This document shows, one piece after another, positions 44,200 through 56,380 of a DNA stretch of 64,000 nt. The notes under the pieces were generated by a model. It searched no databases. It saw only the letters and a list, made by a program, of their open reading frames with translations, and was not told where the DNA came from. The DNA is from Deltaproteobacteria bacterium (lineage in GTDB: Bacteria > Myxococcota_A > UBA796 > SXON01): positions 22,222 through 86,221 of the forward strand of contig CANKOI010000002.1 of assembly GCA_947484175.1 (NCBI GenBank). The letters run 5' to 3'. The stretch's first letter is position 1; every line of letters starts with the position of its first letter. A program made the position numbers and the translations under genes.

Positions 44200-45779
44200 T
44201 GCCGAAGGTCAAGATTAACGACGTCGAGATCGAGGTTCCGGCGGGAACCAACATGATCGAGGCCGCGAAGCTAGCGGGCTTCGACATCCCGCACTACTGC
44301 TACCACCCGCACCTCAGCATCGCGGGGAACTGCCGCATGTGCATGTGCGAGGCGGAGACGCCTCGGGGCCCCGTACTTGACATCGCGTGCAACATGCAGG
44401 CCCGTGAGGGCCTCGCGATCCGGACAGAGTCCGACAAGGTCAAGGCCGTACGCAAGTCGGTGATGGAGTTCCTGCTCGTCAATCACCCGCTGGACTGCCC
44501 GATCTGCGACCAGTCGGGTGAGTGCCGGCTGCAAGACTACTACATGGACCACGGCCAGTACGACAGCCGTGGGATCGAGGCGAAGGTCGGCAAACACAAG
44601 CGCCAGGACATCGGCGACCTCATCGTTCTCGACGCTGAGCGCTGCGTACAATGCAGCCGTTGTGTGCGTTTCGGCGACGAAGTGACGGGCACGGGTGACC
44701 TCCGCCTGATGAACCGTGGCGACCACACCGAGATCGGCATGTTTCCGGGCACGCGCCTGGAGCACGACTACCAGGGCAACCTCGCCGACATCTGTCCGGT
44801 CGGCGCGCTCACCAACAAAGACTTCCGCTTCGAGCGCCGGGTGTGGTACCTCCGCGAGACCGACAGCGTCTGCACAGGATGCAGCACCAGTTGCAATACG
44901 AAGGTGTGCCACCAGGAGGGCGAGGTGTTCCGCACCCTGCCCCGGCGCAACGACGACGTGAACCGCAGTTGGATGTGCGACCCGGGGCGGCAGTGCAACA
45001 GCGGCGTGGGGTCGCTCGACCGCATCCTGCGCCCGACGGTGGACGGGGTGGCGGTGCCCGATGCGTTTGAGACGCTCGCGGCGCGCATCAAGGCGGCGGG
45101 AGCCGGCCGCACAGGCTTCGTGATGGGCTCGGGCGCTTCGCTTGAAGCGAACTGGGCGCTGCTGCAGGTGGTCAAGGCCAACTGTCCCGGCGCGAAGGTT
45201 TTCTCGGTGGCGGGCAACAACGCGGGCGCCATCGCCAAGAGCGACGGGCTCCTCATGGACGCCGACAAGAACCCCAACTCCGCCGGTGTGGCCCTGCTCG
45301 CAGCGTGGTTCGGCGGAATCGGTGGCGCAGAAGACCTGCGCGCGGCCGACCTGAGCCTGCTCGTGGTGCTCGAAGACGACATCATCACTCGCTTGGGCGG
45401 CAACCCGGCCGAGGCGATCGCCTACTTCGGCACGCACAACAACCCCACCGCCGAGCTCGCGTCCATCGTGATCCCCGTGGCGCACGTCGTGGAGATGGAC
45501 GCGACGTACGTGAACCGCCAAGAGCGAGTTCAACGCGTCCGGCGCGCCACCAACCCGCAGGGCGAAGCTGTGCCGGCCTACCAAGCGCTCGAAAAGCTTG
45601 GCGCCGCCCTCGGCCGCGCGCCGGGCACGTCGATGCCCACCGCAACCTTTTCCGCCATGGCCCGCGCCGTTCCCCGAATGAACGGCCTCGACTACAAGGC
45701 GCTGGGAGCCAGCGGGCGCCTACTCGCGCCCACCGTACAGCCGGTCGCACCGGCCGCTCCGGTCGCGGAGGCCAAGTGA
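44199..45779 (+). CDS. nuoG: NADH-quinone oxidoreductase subunit G (short form)
   Basis: CYH...GNCRMC, HPLDCPICDQSGEC, CVQCSRC, CTGCSTSC. Confidence 0.93.
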   Translation: MPKVKINDVEIEVPAGTNMIEAAKLAGFDIPHYCYHPHLSIAGNCRMCMCEAETPRGPVLDIACNMQAREGLAIRTESDKVKAVRKSVMEFLLVNHPLDCPICDQSGECRLQDYYMDHGQYDSRGIEAKVGKHKRQDIGDLIVLDAERCVQCSRCVRFGDEVTGTGDLRLMNRGDHTEIGMFPGTRLEHDYQGNLADICPVGALTNKDFRFERRVWYLRETDSVCTGCSTSCNTKVCHQEGEVFRTLPRRNDDVNRSWMCDPGRQCNSGVGSLDRILRPTVDGVAVPDAFETLAARIKAAGAGRTGFVMGSGASLEANWALLQVVKANCPGAKVFSVAGNNAGAIAKSDGLLMDADKNPNSAGVALLAAWFGGIGGAEDLRAADLSLLVVLEDDIITRLGGNPAEAIAYFGTHNNPTAELASIVIPVAHVVEMDATYVNRQERVQRVRRATNPQGEAVPAYQALEKLGAALGRAPGTSMPTATFSAMARAVPRMNGLDYKALGASGRLLAPTVQPVAPAAPVAEAK

Positions 45780-47203
45780 GCGAGTTCTGGCTGGACATGC
45801 TCGTCGTCGTGCTGCGATGCGTGTTTTCCGTCGCCTTCGTGATGAACATCGTCCCGCTGATGATCTGGGGCGAACGGAAAGGCGCCGCGTACATCCAGGA
45901 TCGGCCCGGGCCCAACCGCGCTCCGATCGACCTGCCCAACCCGGCCGACCTGCCGCGGCTCCTGTCGGCGGCCCTCCGCGGGGAGCCCCTCGACTACAAA
46001 CCCGTCGTGTCGCTGCGCGCAGCCGGCCTGATCCACACGCTCACCGACGTGGTGAAGCTCGCGTTCAAAGAAGACATCACGCCTGACCACGTGGAGAAGT
46101 TCTACTGGTTCATCGCGCCGGTGATCGCGATGAGCATCGCGCTCTGCACCTTCGCGGTCGTGCCGTTCGGCGACAGCTTCCTCGGCTACAACCTGCAGGT
46201 GAGCAGCCTCGACGGTGGGCTCCTGTTCGTCCTCGCCATGACCTCGCTCGGGGTGTACGGCATCATGCTGGCGGGCTGGGCGTCGAACAACAAGTTCTCG
46301 CTCCTCGGCGGCCTGCGGGCAAGCGCACAGATGGTGTCGTACGAGCTGGCCATGGGCCTCTCCGCGGTGGTGGTGTTCCTCAGCGCCGGCTCGGTGTCGC
46401 TGGCCGAGATCACTCGCCAGCAGGGCGAGGCGCTGAGCATCTTCGGGCTCGTCGAGATTCCCGCACTCAACTGGAACGTGTTTTCCCCCTTCGGCCTGCT
46501 CGCGTTCATCCTGTTCTGGGTGGCGGTCTTCGCGGAAACGAACCGCACCCCGTTCGACCTTCCCGAGGGCGAGGCGGAGCTGGTGGGCGGCTACCACACC
46601 GAGTACTCCAGCTTCCGCTTCGCGCTGTTCTTCATGGCCGAGTACGCGAACATGATCGTGGCGGCCGCCGTCACGGCCACGATGTTCTTCGGCGGCTACA
46701 ACGTGCCACTTTTCTCGGGCGCCTTCTTGCGGGAAAACGCAGACATGGTGCTCGCGGTGCTGGGGCTCGGCGCGATTCCGGCGTTCCTTGGGCTGGCGGT
46801 GGTGGCCTGGAAGCGGCGGGGGCGGCCGTTCTACGCCGCCATTCCCAGCGACGATCCGCGGCGAAACGAGCCCGCATTCTTCACGGCCGTGTGGCTTGGC
46901 GCAGCCGCGGCCCACGGCGGGCTCGGAGTGGCGGGGCTGATGGGCGGCCTCACCGGTCTTTCGGCTCTGGTAGGAGTCGAGGGGCTCGGCGCCGACCTGC
47001 TCGTCTTCGTACTGCATGTCTCGTCGCTCGGCGTGAAGGTACTCATCGGCGGATGGATCTTCATTTGGGTGCGCTGGACCCTCCCGCGCATGCGCTACGA
47101 CCAGTTGATGAACCTGGGGTGGCGCTACATGCTGCCCATCGCCCTCGTCAACGTTTTCTGCGCGGCCGGCTGGATCATCCTCCGCCACGAACTGTTCGCG
47201 TAG
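45776..47203 (+). CDS. nuoH: NADH-quinone oxidoreductase subunit H (with insertions)
   Basis: ERK..A.IQDRPGPN, AQMVSYE, NRTPFDLPE.E.EL, PRMRYDQLM. Confidence 0.95.
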   Translation: MSEFWLDMLVVVLRCVFSVAFVMNIVPLMIWGERKGAAYIQDRPGPNRAPIDLPNPADLPRLLSAALRGEPLDYKPVVSLRAAGLIHTLTDVVKLAFKEDITPDHVEKFYWFIAPVIAMSIALCTFAVVPFGDSFLGYNLQVSSLDGGLLFVLAMTSLGVYGIMLAGWASNNKFSLLGGLRASAQMVSYELAMGLSAVVVFLSAGSVSLAEITRQQGEALSIFGLVEIPALNWNVFSPFGLLAFILFWVAVFAETNRTPFDLPEGEAELVGGYHTEYSSFRFALFFMAEYANMIVAAAVTATMFFGGYNVPLFSGAFLRENADMVLAVLGLGAIPAFLGLAVVAWKRRGRPFYAAIPSDDPRRNEPAFFTAVWLGAAAAHGGLGVAGLMGGLTGLSALVGVEGLGADLLVFVLHVSSLGVKVLIGGWIFIWVRWTLPRMRYDQLMNLGWRYMLPIALVNVFCAAGWIILRHELFA

Positions 47204-47213
47204 GAGAGAGAAC

Positions 47214-47792
47214 ATGGCGCTCCCCAAACCGCAGAAGGTGCTCACGCTCTCGGAGTCGTCGTACCTCGTTGAGGTGCTGAAGGGCATGGTGCTCACCATG
47301 GGCCACCTGATCAAGAACATCTTCGATCAGGACCGCTTCCGCACCATCGAGTACCCCGACGTCCGTAAGCCCATGACGGCCCGTTACCGCGGGGCCCACC
47401 GCCTGCTGCTCCGCCCCGACGGCGGCCTGAAGTGTGTCGCGTGCATGTGCTGCCCCACGGTGTGCCCAGCCAAGTGCATCAACATCGTGGCGGGTGAAGC
47501 GGAGAACGACCCGGCCGAGAAGTTCCCGATCACCTTCGACATCGACATGCTGCGCTGCATCTACTGCGGCTTCTGTGTGGAAGCGTGCCCGAAGGACGCC
47601 ATTCGGATGGACACGAAGATCTACGAGATCAACGCCTACACCCGTTCTGACATGGTTCACAGCAAAGCCTACATGGTGAACCTGATGGACGGCCTGAAGC
47701 CCGAAGCCGGCGCGGCCTACCGGGCCGAACAGGGCCTCGCCCCCGACGGCTACACCAACGCCGACTCGGCCCCCGAAGGAAGCCCCCGATGA
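47214..47792 (+). CDS. nuoI: NADH-quinone oxidoreductase subunit I
   Basis: CVACMCC..CP and CIYCGFC..CP. Confidence 0.95.
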   Translation: MALPKPQKVLTLSESSYLVEVLKGMVLTMGHLIKNIFDQDRFRTIEYPDVRKPMTARYRGAHRLLLRPDGGLKCVACMCCPTVCPAKCINIVAGEAENDPAEKFPITFDIDMLRCIYCGFCVEACPKDAIRMDTKIYEINAYTRSDMVHSKAYMVNLMDGLKPEAGAAYRAEQGLAPDGYTNADSAPEGSPR

Positions 47793-48292
47793 TCGAATCG
47801 GTGCTTTTCTACCTGTTCAGCCTCGTCGCCATCGTCGCGGGCGTGAGTGTGATCACGCAGCGCAGCCCGATCGCGAGTGCGCTTTCGCTGGTGGTGTGCT
47901 TCTTCGCGCTGGCCGCCGACTACGTGATGCTCGACGCCCACTTCGTCGCGGTGGTGCAGGTGCTGGTCTACGCCGGCGCCATCATGGTGCTGTTCATCTT
48001 CGTGATCATGTTGCTCAACATCCGGGAGACCGAACCGGCCGCGATGGGCCAGCTCACGGCTCGTAGCGGCGGCGCCTTGCTGATCTCTGGGCTCCTCGGG
48101 GTGGCCCTGATCGCCGTGCTCGACAGCGTGGTGCACCAAACGCCAGCCGAACTCCCTGCGGAGTACGGAACGATCAAGGCGATCGGCGAGGCCCTGTTCA
48201 ATGGCACCTACCTGCTGCCGTTTGAGGCCGTGTCGCTCTTGTTGACGGTCGGAATGATCGGAGCCGTCGTGCTCGCCAAGCGGGAGCTCTGA
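47789..48292 (+). CDS. nuoJ: NADH-quinone oxidoreductase subunit J
   Basis: [22 protein letters not shown]. Confidence 0.95.
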   Translation: MIESVLFYLFSLVAIVAGVSVITQRSPIASALSLVVCFFALAADYVMLDAHFVAVVQVLVYAGAIMVLFIFVIMLLNIRETEPAAMGQLTARSGGALLISGLLGVALIAVLDSVVHQTPAELPAEYGTIKAIGEALFNGTYLLPFEAVSLLLTVGMIGAVVLAKREL

Positions 48293-48600
48293 TGGAAGCC
48301 GTGGGCTTGGTACCCGTGCTGGCGATCAGCGCCATCCTGTTCACTCTGGGCGTGATCGGGGTGCTGGCGCGTAAGAACGCCCTGATCGTCTTCATGAGCG
48401 TGGAGCTGATGCTCAACGCCGTGAACCTCGCGTTCGTGGGATTTTCCCGTCAGCACGCGGCGCTCGACGGGCACGTGTTCGCCATCCTCGTGATGGCCGT
48501 TGCTGCCGCCGAGGCCGCCGTCGGCCTCGCCCTCGTCATCCTGCTCTTCCGCAACCGGGTGACCGTGAAACTCGATGATCTCGACCGGATGAGGGGCTGA
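48292..48600 (+). CDS. nuoK: NADH-quinone oxidoreductase subunit K
   Basis: [18 protein letters not shown]. Confidence 0.96.
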   Translation: MEAVGLVPVLAISAILFTLGVIGVLARKNALIVFMSVELMLNAVNLAFVGFSRQHAALDGHVFAILVMAVAAAEAAVGLALVILLFRNRVTVKLDDLDRMRG

Positions 48601-50618
48601 TGGATTCCCTGCTCATCACGCTGGTGCCGACCTTCCCGCTGGTCGGTGCGATCGTGAACGGACTGTTGCTGCAATCGCGCGCCTCGCGCGTGGTGGCGGG
48701 CTCGATCGCCTCGCTGATGGTCGGGCTTTCGGCGGCGATCAGCTTCCTCTGCCTGAGCCAGCTCATGGGGGGCGCGGCGCCCGCCGATGTGCACCTGTGG
48801 AGCTGGATGGAGGCGGCCGGCTTCAAGGCCGACGTCGCCTTCCGGGTCGACCAACTCACCGCCACGATGATGTGTGTCATCACGGGGATCGGCACGCTGA
48901 TCCACGTGTACTCGATCGGGTACATGGACGACGAGGCCGACAAGGACTCGGTGTGGCGCTTCTTCGCCTACCTGAACCTGTTCATCTTCGCGATGTTGCT
49001 GCTGGTGATGGGCGACAACTTCCTGCTCATGTTCGTGGGTTGGGAAGGCGTAGGGCTCTGCTCCTACCTGCTCATCGGCTTCTGGTACCAGAACAACGAC
49101 TTCGCCAGCGCCGGCAAGAAAGCGTTCATCACCAACCGGGTGGGCGACTTCAGCTTCGTGATCGGGCTCTTCCTCCTCTACTGGAGCCTGGGCGACCACG
49201 CGACGATGAACTTCGTGGAGCTGGAGCACGCGATCGCGGCCCACCCGGAGCTGGTGGGTGGGGTAGGCGGCTGCGTCGTTACCGCGGTGTGCTTGCTGTT
49301 CTTCGGTGGCGCCACCGGCAAAAGCGCGCAGATTCCGCTGTTCGTGTGGCTGCCCGACGCGATGGCGGGCCCAACCCCGGTGTCGGCGCTGATCCACGCC
49401 GCCACGATGGTGACCTCCGGCGTGTACATGATCTGCCGGCTGAACTACCTCTTCGTGATGGCTCCGGCCGCGATGGCCACCATTGCCACGGTGGGGGCGC
49501 TCACGGCCTTCGTCGCGGCCACGATTGCGGTCACGCAGAACGACATCAAGAAGGTGCTCGCGTACTCCACCGTGTCTCAGCTGGGCTTCATGTTCCTAGG
49601 CGTGGGAGTGGGCGGCTTTGTGGCCGGCTTCTTCCATGTGATCACGCACGCCTTCTTCAAGGCGCTGATGTTCCTCGGCTCCGGCTCGATCATCCACGCC
49701 CTGCACCACGAGCAGGACATGCGGAAGATGGGGGGAATCGCCAAGACCATGAAGGTGACGTTCTTCACCTTCCTCATGGGCTATCTGGCGATCATCGGCG
49801 TGCCGGGATTCTCGGGCTTCTTCTCGAAGGACGAGATTCTCTGGCTCACCTTCATCACGCCGGTGTTTGACGGGCTCCCCCTCGGAAGCGTGATGCCCAA
49901 GGTGCTGTGGGCGCTGGCCACCGCCACCGCGCTCCTCACGGCGTTCTACATGAGCCGGCTGATGTTCATGACCTTCGCGGGCAGCTACCGCGGCGGTCAC
50001 CACGAAGCGCACGGGCACGACGACCACGGGCACGACGCGCACGGGCATGGGCACGGGCACCAGCCGCACGAATCGCCGCTGGTCATCGTAGCCCCGCTGG
50101 CAGTCCTCGCCCTCCTCTCCGCCCTGGGCGGGCTCCTGAACCTGCCGCATTGGCTGCCGGGAGCCGGCTCGCTCCACCACTTCCTCGATCCCGTATTTGA
50201 GCACGCGCACGTCGCGTTCCCGGAACACAACCCCCTTGAGTTCCCGCTCATGGTGCTCACGCTCCTCGGCATCGCCGCGAGCGTTGGCTTCGCGTACAAG
50301 CTCTACGTGCGGGAGCCCGACCGCCCCGCGCAGATCGCCGCACGCTTCCGGAAGCTCTACGAGGGCAGCCTGAACAAGTGGTATGTCGACGAGGCGTACC
50401 AGGTGGCGATCCTCACTCCCATCCTGACCGGCTCCCGTCAGGTGCTGTGGGCGATCGTCGACGCGCAGGTGATCGACGGGATCGTGAACGGTGCCGCTTC
50501 GCTGGCCCAGACGGCCGGCCGCATTCACGGGCGGATCGGCAACGGCAAGGTCCAGGCCTACGCAATCTCCATCGCGGCCGGCGCAGCTCTGCTCGCCACC
50601 GCCTACGTACTCGGGTGA
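48600..50618 (+). CDS. nuoL: NADH-quinone oxidoreductase subunit L
   Basis: GWEGVG, KSAQ.PL..WLPDAMAGPTPVSALIHAATMV, HAFFKAL. Confidence 0.97.
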   Translation: MDSLLITLVPTFPLVGAIVNGLLLQSRASRVVAGSIASLMVGLSAAISFLCLSQLMGGAAPADVHLWSWMEAAGFKADVAFRVDQLTATMMCVITGIGTLIHVYSIGYMDDEADKDSVWRFFAYLNLFIFAMLLLVMGDNFLLMFVGWEGVGLCSYLLIGFWYQNNDFASAGKKAFITNRVGDFSFVIGLFLLYWSLGDHATMNFVELEHAIAAHPELVGGVGGCVVTAVCLLFFGGATGKSAQIPLFVWLPDAMAGPTPVSALIHAATMVTSGVYMICRLNYLFVMAPAAMATIATVGALTAFVAATIAVTQNDIKKVLAYSTVSQLGFMFLGVGVGGFVAGFFHVITHAFFKALMFLGSGSIIHALHHEQDMRKMGGIAKTMKVTFFTFLMGYLAIIGVPGFSGFFSKDEILWLTFITPVFDGLPLGSVMPKVLWALATATALLTAFYMSRLMFMTFAGSYRGGHHEAHGHDDHGHDAHGHGHGHQPHESPLVIVAPLAVLALLSALGGLLNLPHWLPGAGSLHHFLDPVFEHAHVAFPEHNPLEFPLMVLTLLGIAASVGFAYKLYVREPDRPAQIAARFRKLYEGSLNKWYVDEAYQVAILTPILTGSRQVLWAIVDAQVIDGIVNGAASLAQTAGRIHGRIGNGKVQAYAISIAAGAALLATAYVLG

Positions 50619-50622
50619 GCTG

Positions 50623-52157
<1,535 letters not shown>

Positions 52158-52158
<1 letters not shown>

Positions 52159-53633
52159 TGGGCTCCGCTCCTCCGGTCCTCGACTCCGTGATCTTGGCGG
52201 CCCCCCTCATGCTGCTGGCCCTGATGGGCGTGGTGCTGATGGTGGCCGCAGCGGTCTTCCGCCCCATGCCGCGGCTCCCCTTCTGGGGGGCCTCCTGCCT
52301 GACGGTCGCCACCACCCTCGTGCTCGTGGCGCTGGGCTCCGGAAAGCCCGCCACCGAGGCCTTCTCGGGCATGTTGCGCATCGACGCGTACGGCAACTTC
52401 TTTGCGGCAGTCGTGCTGGTGAGCGGGCTGTTTTCCCTGCTGATCAGCGACTCCTACATGGAGCGCATCGGCGTACGAGTGGGCGAGTTCTACTCGCTGG
52501 TGCTGTTCGCGCTCTGCGGCATGTTGGGGATGGTGTACAGCAACGACCTGATGATGACGTTCATCTCGCTCGAGGTGATGAGCATCGCGGTCTACGTGCT
52601 CTGCGCGATCAAGCGGTCTGACGACCGCGCCGTCGAGTCGGGATTCAAGTACTTCATCCTCGGCGCGTTCTCTTCGGCGATCCTGCTCTACGGGGTGGCG
52701 TTCGTCTACGGCGCCACCGGCAGCACGGCACTGCCCGCCATCGCCCATACGCTTCGAGAGGGCGGAGGCGAGGCCGCGGGCATTCTCGCGCTCGGCGGTG
52801 CCTTGCTCCTCGTGGGCTTCGGCTTCAAGGTGGCCAGCGTGCCCTTCCACATGTGGGCGCCCGACGTGTACCAGGGTGCGCCCACCGCCGTTACCGCGCT
52901 GATGGCCTCCGGCGTGAAGGCGGCCAGCATCGCAGCCTTCGGGCGCGTGGTGATCGGTGCGATGGGCGACGACGCGTCGAACTGGAACGGAGCCTTGTGG
53001 TGGATGGCCGCGGCCACGATGCTCGTGGGGAACCTAGCTGCGCTGGCGCAGAACGACCTCAAACGAATCTTCGCCTACTCGGGCATCGCGCACGCCGGCT
53101 ACCTGATGATGGCGCTCTCGTCGGTCGCGGCCGGCGGCGCCGCCGAGAACGGCGCCATCGGCAGCCTCGCGTTCTACATGCTCGCCTACGTGCTGATGAA
53201 CGCTGGAGCGTTCGCCGTGCTGGCCTTGATGACCACCTCGGAGGGCGACGACGCCACCGACATCGACCGCTTGGCGGGGCTGGGGCGGTCGCACCCCTTC
53301 CTCGCCGCGGGGCTGTCGGTCTGCCTGATCTCGTTGGCCGGCCTCCCGCCCACGATGGGCTTCATCGGCAAGTTCTACCTGTTCAGCGCGGCCATCGGCG
53401 CCGGCGAGGTGGGGCTCGCGTTCGTGGGTGCGATTGGCGCTGCGGCAGGCGTGTACTACTACCTTCGTCCCATGGTGTACATGTACATGCGCGAAGGAAG
53501 CCCGGACATGGCGGTGGACGGGCGCGCGCGGCTCGCGTTGGGCCTGACAAGCGCGCTCCTGCTGATTTTCGGCTTGATGCCGAGCGCCATCCTCCAATGG
53601 GCGAACGCGTCGATGGCCTCGGTTCTCGGCTGA
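52158..53633 (+). CDS. nuoN: NADH-quinone oxidoreductase subunit N
   Basis: FKVASVPFHMWAPDVYQGAP, AYSGIAHAGY, GLPP..GF.GK. Confidence 0.97.
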
Positions 53634-53637
53634 TCGC

Positions 53638-53657
53638 GGATCGCGCCGTCGCGATCC
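53638..53657 (+). terminator. GC hairpin after nuoN
   Basis: GGATCGCG-CCGT-CGCGATCC, 4 nt after the stop; no U-tract; TATACT at 53671-53676 may drive the next operon. Confidence 0.45.
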
Positions 53658-53702
53658 CCGCCGGCGAGGGTATACTGCCGACGCATTTCGCCCGGAGCGT
53701 AC

Positions 53703-55502
53703 ATGCGCGTGCTCGTCGCTTTGCTGACCCTGCTTGTCGTCGCCTGCACCCCCTCGCCCGACGCTGAGCCGTCGGTTCTGGGCACTCAGGATCAGTCGCT
53801 CACGTTCTGGCCTCCTGAGGCCGGCCGCGGCGTCACGATCGACGCGAAGATCACCTCCACCAACTCCATCTTCGAGTTCGTAGACAACTCGCTCGACCTC
53901 GGCGGCGGGGTCACGGTGAACAGCCTGACCGTGCTCGACGGCTGGTCGGCGGTGGTGAACCTGTCGGTCGACCCAGCGGCCACCCTCGGCGGCCGTGACG
54001 GCTACCTCGAAACGCGCGGCGGTTCCTTCACGATGAGCGATGCGCTCACCATCATCGACGACACCTTCGTACTCGCGCCCTCCCGGGCCAAGATCGGCGA
54101 ACACCTTCAGGTGGAGTTGATCGGCACGAACACCAAGTGGACCTCGGGCAAGACCTGGGCCGGCTTCGGCGACGGTGTGGAAGTCACGGCCGTGGACGTA
54201 TTGAGCGAAACCTACATGATCGCGGACGTAACGGTGGAGCCCGATGCAGTGCCCGGGCTGCGCGACGTGTACGTGGAGAACGGCAACGACCTCAGCACAC
54301 AGTACGACGCCTTCCAGGTAGACCGGGTGGGCATTTCGGCGGTGTTCGACCCGCCGGAGGTGAAGCAGGGGCAGGCGCTCACGTTCAGCATCGTGGGCAA
54401 GGACACCCACTTCGGCAAGGACACGGCGATTCGATTCTTCCAGTACGGCGACGAGAAGCAGGACATCGTGATCGACTCGATCACCGTGCTCGATTCCGAG
54501 AACCTCTCCGGCCGGATGACCGTAAGCAATGCGGCCCTGCTCGGAACGCGCGACATCATCGTGACGACCGGCACCGAAGGCGTCTTCATGGAGGATGCCA
54601 CCACCGTGATCGACGGCGATCTCGACCTCTCGAACGTGGTGATCTCGCGATGGTTCTACGTGGCTCGCGGCATCGACAACGCCAGCGGCGACATCTACGA
54701 GTCAGTCCGGGTGGGGGTGATCTTCTACCTCCCGCTCGATCCGGCGTGCCCTCCCGACCCGGAGGCCGTGTGCACCGACGGTGTCGACAACGACGAAGAC
54801 GACTACACCGACTGTTACGACAGCGACTGCTCGAGCGACCCTTCTTGCGCCGGCGGGCCGATGCCCTACGACGCAAACGGGGTGTGGCGCACCTACACCA
54901 CGGGAGGCTCCGCCGACTGCCCGGATCCGGAGACCCTGAGCGCGGGCGACCGCGTGTGGCTTGAGTCCGACTGCAACATCGTCACCCTTCAGAAGAACGT
55001 CGACGGCTCTTCGGGCATGATCTACTACACCAAGGACGACGTCTCGTTGAGCGACTACTGCTTCGACCAGATGTACGCGCTGCACACGGAGGGTGATCCC
55101 AACGGCATTCCCGAGGAGATCGTGGAAGACGCGCAGCCCACGGTGCCGGCCGATTTCGAGATGCTGGAGCCCGGCTGGTACGGCAACTTCACGCACAACC
55201 GGGCGGAAGACCTCGTCTACACGTGGACGCCCGCGGAAACCTACCCCGACGCCATCTTCGGTACCCAGATCTCGGGGCAGCTGGTGTCGCCCGAGGGGGC
55301 CCAAGGCTACGCCGGCTCTCTGCCCTGGGACGACGGCGAGCACACGTACACGCCGGGAGAGCTAAGCCAACTGAAGGATGGTAACGCGAGCTTCACGGCC
55401 TTCTCCTACATTGAAGGCCCTCCGGTGGGCTTCACCTTCAGCACCATTCAGACCAAGAGCGACTCGGTGGTGCAGGTGTCGGGCACGGTGATTCTGGAAT
55501 GA
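53703..55502 (+). CDS. Surface lipoprotein with three IPT/Ig-like repeats and a Cys/Asp-rich repeat
   Basis: LVVAC lipobox; repeated GxRD units; CTDGVDNDEDDYTDCYDSDC. Confidence 0.8.
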   Translation: MRVLVALLTLLVVACTPSPDAEPSVLGTQDQSLTFWPPEAGRGVTIDAKITSTNSIFEFVDNSLDLGGGVTVNSLTVLDGWSAVVNLSVDPAATLGGRDGYLETRGGSFTMSDALTIIDDTFVLAPSRAKIGEHLQVELIGTNTKWTSGKTWAGFGDGVEVTAVDVLSETYMIADVTVEPDAVPGLRDVYVENGNDLSTQYDAFQVDRVGISAVFDPPEVKQGQALTFSIVGKDTHFGKDTAIRFFQYGDEKQDIVIDSITVLDSENLSGRMTVSNAALLGTRDIIVTTGTEGVFMEDATTVIDGDLDLSNVVISRWFYVARGIDNASGDIYESVRVGVIFYLPLDPACPPDPEAVCTDGVDNDEDDYTDCYDSDCSSDPSCAGGPMPYDANGVWRTYTTGGSADCPDPETLSAGDRVWLESDCNIVTLQKNVDGSSGMIYYTKDDVSLSDYCFDQMYALHTEGDPNGIPEEIVEDAQPTVPADFEMLEPGWYGNFTHNRAEDLVYTWTPAETYPDAIFGTQISGQLVSPEGAQGYAGSLPWDDGEHTYTPGELSQLKDGNASFTAFSYIEGPPVGFTFSTIQTKSDSVVQVSGTVILE

Positions 55503-56380
55503 GGTTGGTGCTCCCCCTCTTGCTCCTCGGGTGTGTGGAGCAGGGCTTCACGGCGGTGGAGCTCGATGCCATCGCCGTGGTGAACGGCGACTTCGACGAC
55601 CTGGCGGGAGTGCTCTCCCGCGGCGAAGTCGGAAACCAGCCTTTCAACGGATATATTTCTCAGTCCACCACCTGGGTGGGCGACGGCCGCCCCACCCGCG
55701 AAGACCCGGGGCGCACCGTAGAAGAGCTGCTCACCGCACCGGTGGCCGACCTGAGCAAGTTCGAAATCGACCAGTTTCAGGCGGTCTTCCTCAACAGCGG
55801 AACCCGCGGGCTCAACGCGTTCGAGTACAACCACTCGCTTGAACCCGACGATGCCATCCTGAACGACGAAACCGCCGTGGCAAACCTCTGCGGCTTCCCG
55901 GAGGGGGGGGGCTCCCTGTTCGTCACGGACTGGGCCTACGACATCGTCGAAACCTGCTGGCCGGATGCCATCACCTTCGCCAACGACGACACCGAGGTGG
56001 ATGACGCTCAGGTGGGCGCGGCAGGCGAGCTGCTCGCCGACGTCAACGACGAAGAGCTGCAGAAGACGCTCGACGCCACCGTGGTGAACGTTGAATTCAA
56101 CTATTCTGCCTTCGCCGTTATGAAGTCGGTCAGCGACGACGTCGAGGTGCTCCTGAGCGGCGACGTCACCTACCAGCCCGTTGAAGGCGGCGACGTGTCG
56201 GTGTTCGAGGGCGTGCCCCTCGCCGTGCGCATCCCGGTCGGGAAGCGCGGTCAGGTATTCTTCTCCAGTTTCCACCTTTACCCACAGACCGCAGCGCTGG
56301 CCGACGCGCTGCTGTTTCGAGGCATGGTCGGCCTCGAACGTGGGGCTGGCGACCAAAGCGAGGAGGCCATTGATGAATAG
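55499..56380 (+). CDS. Hypothetical lipoprotein (glutamine amidotransferase-like fold possible)
   Basis: LLLGC lipobox; GGSLFVTDWAYD; GQVFFSSFH; ATGA overlap with the upstream gene. Confidence 0.75.
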   Translation: MRLVLPLLLLGCVEQGFTAVELDAIAVVNGDFDDLAGVLSRGEVGNQPFNGYISQSTTWVGDGRPTREDPGRTVEELLTAPVADLSKFEIDQFQAVFLNSGTRGLNAFEYNHSLEPDDAILNDETAVANLCGFPEGGGSLFVTDWAYDIVETCWPDAITFANDDTEVDDAQVGAAGELLADVNDEELQKTLDATVVNVEFNYSAFAVMKSVSDDVEVLLSGDVTYQPVEGGDVSVFEGVPLAVRIPVGKRGQVFFSSFHLYPQTAALADALLFRGMVGLERGAGDQSEEAIDE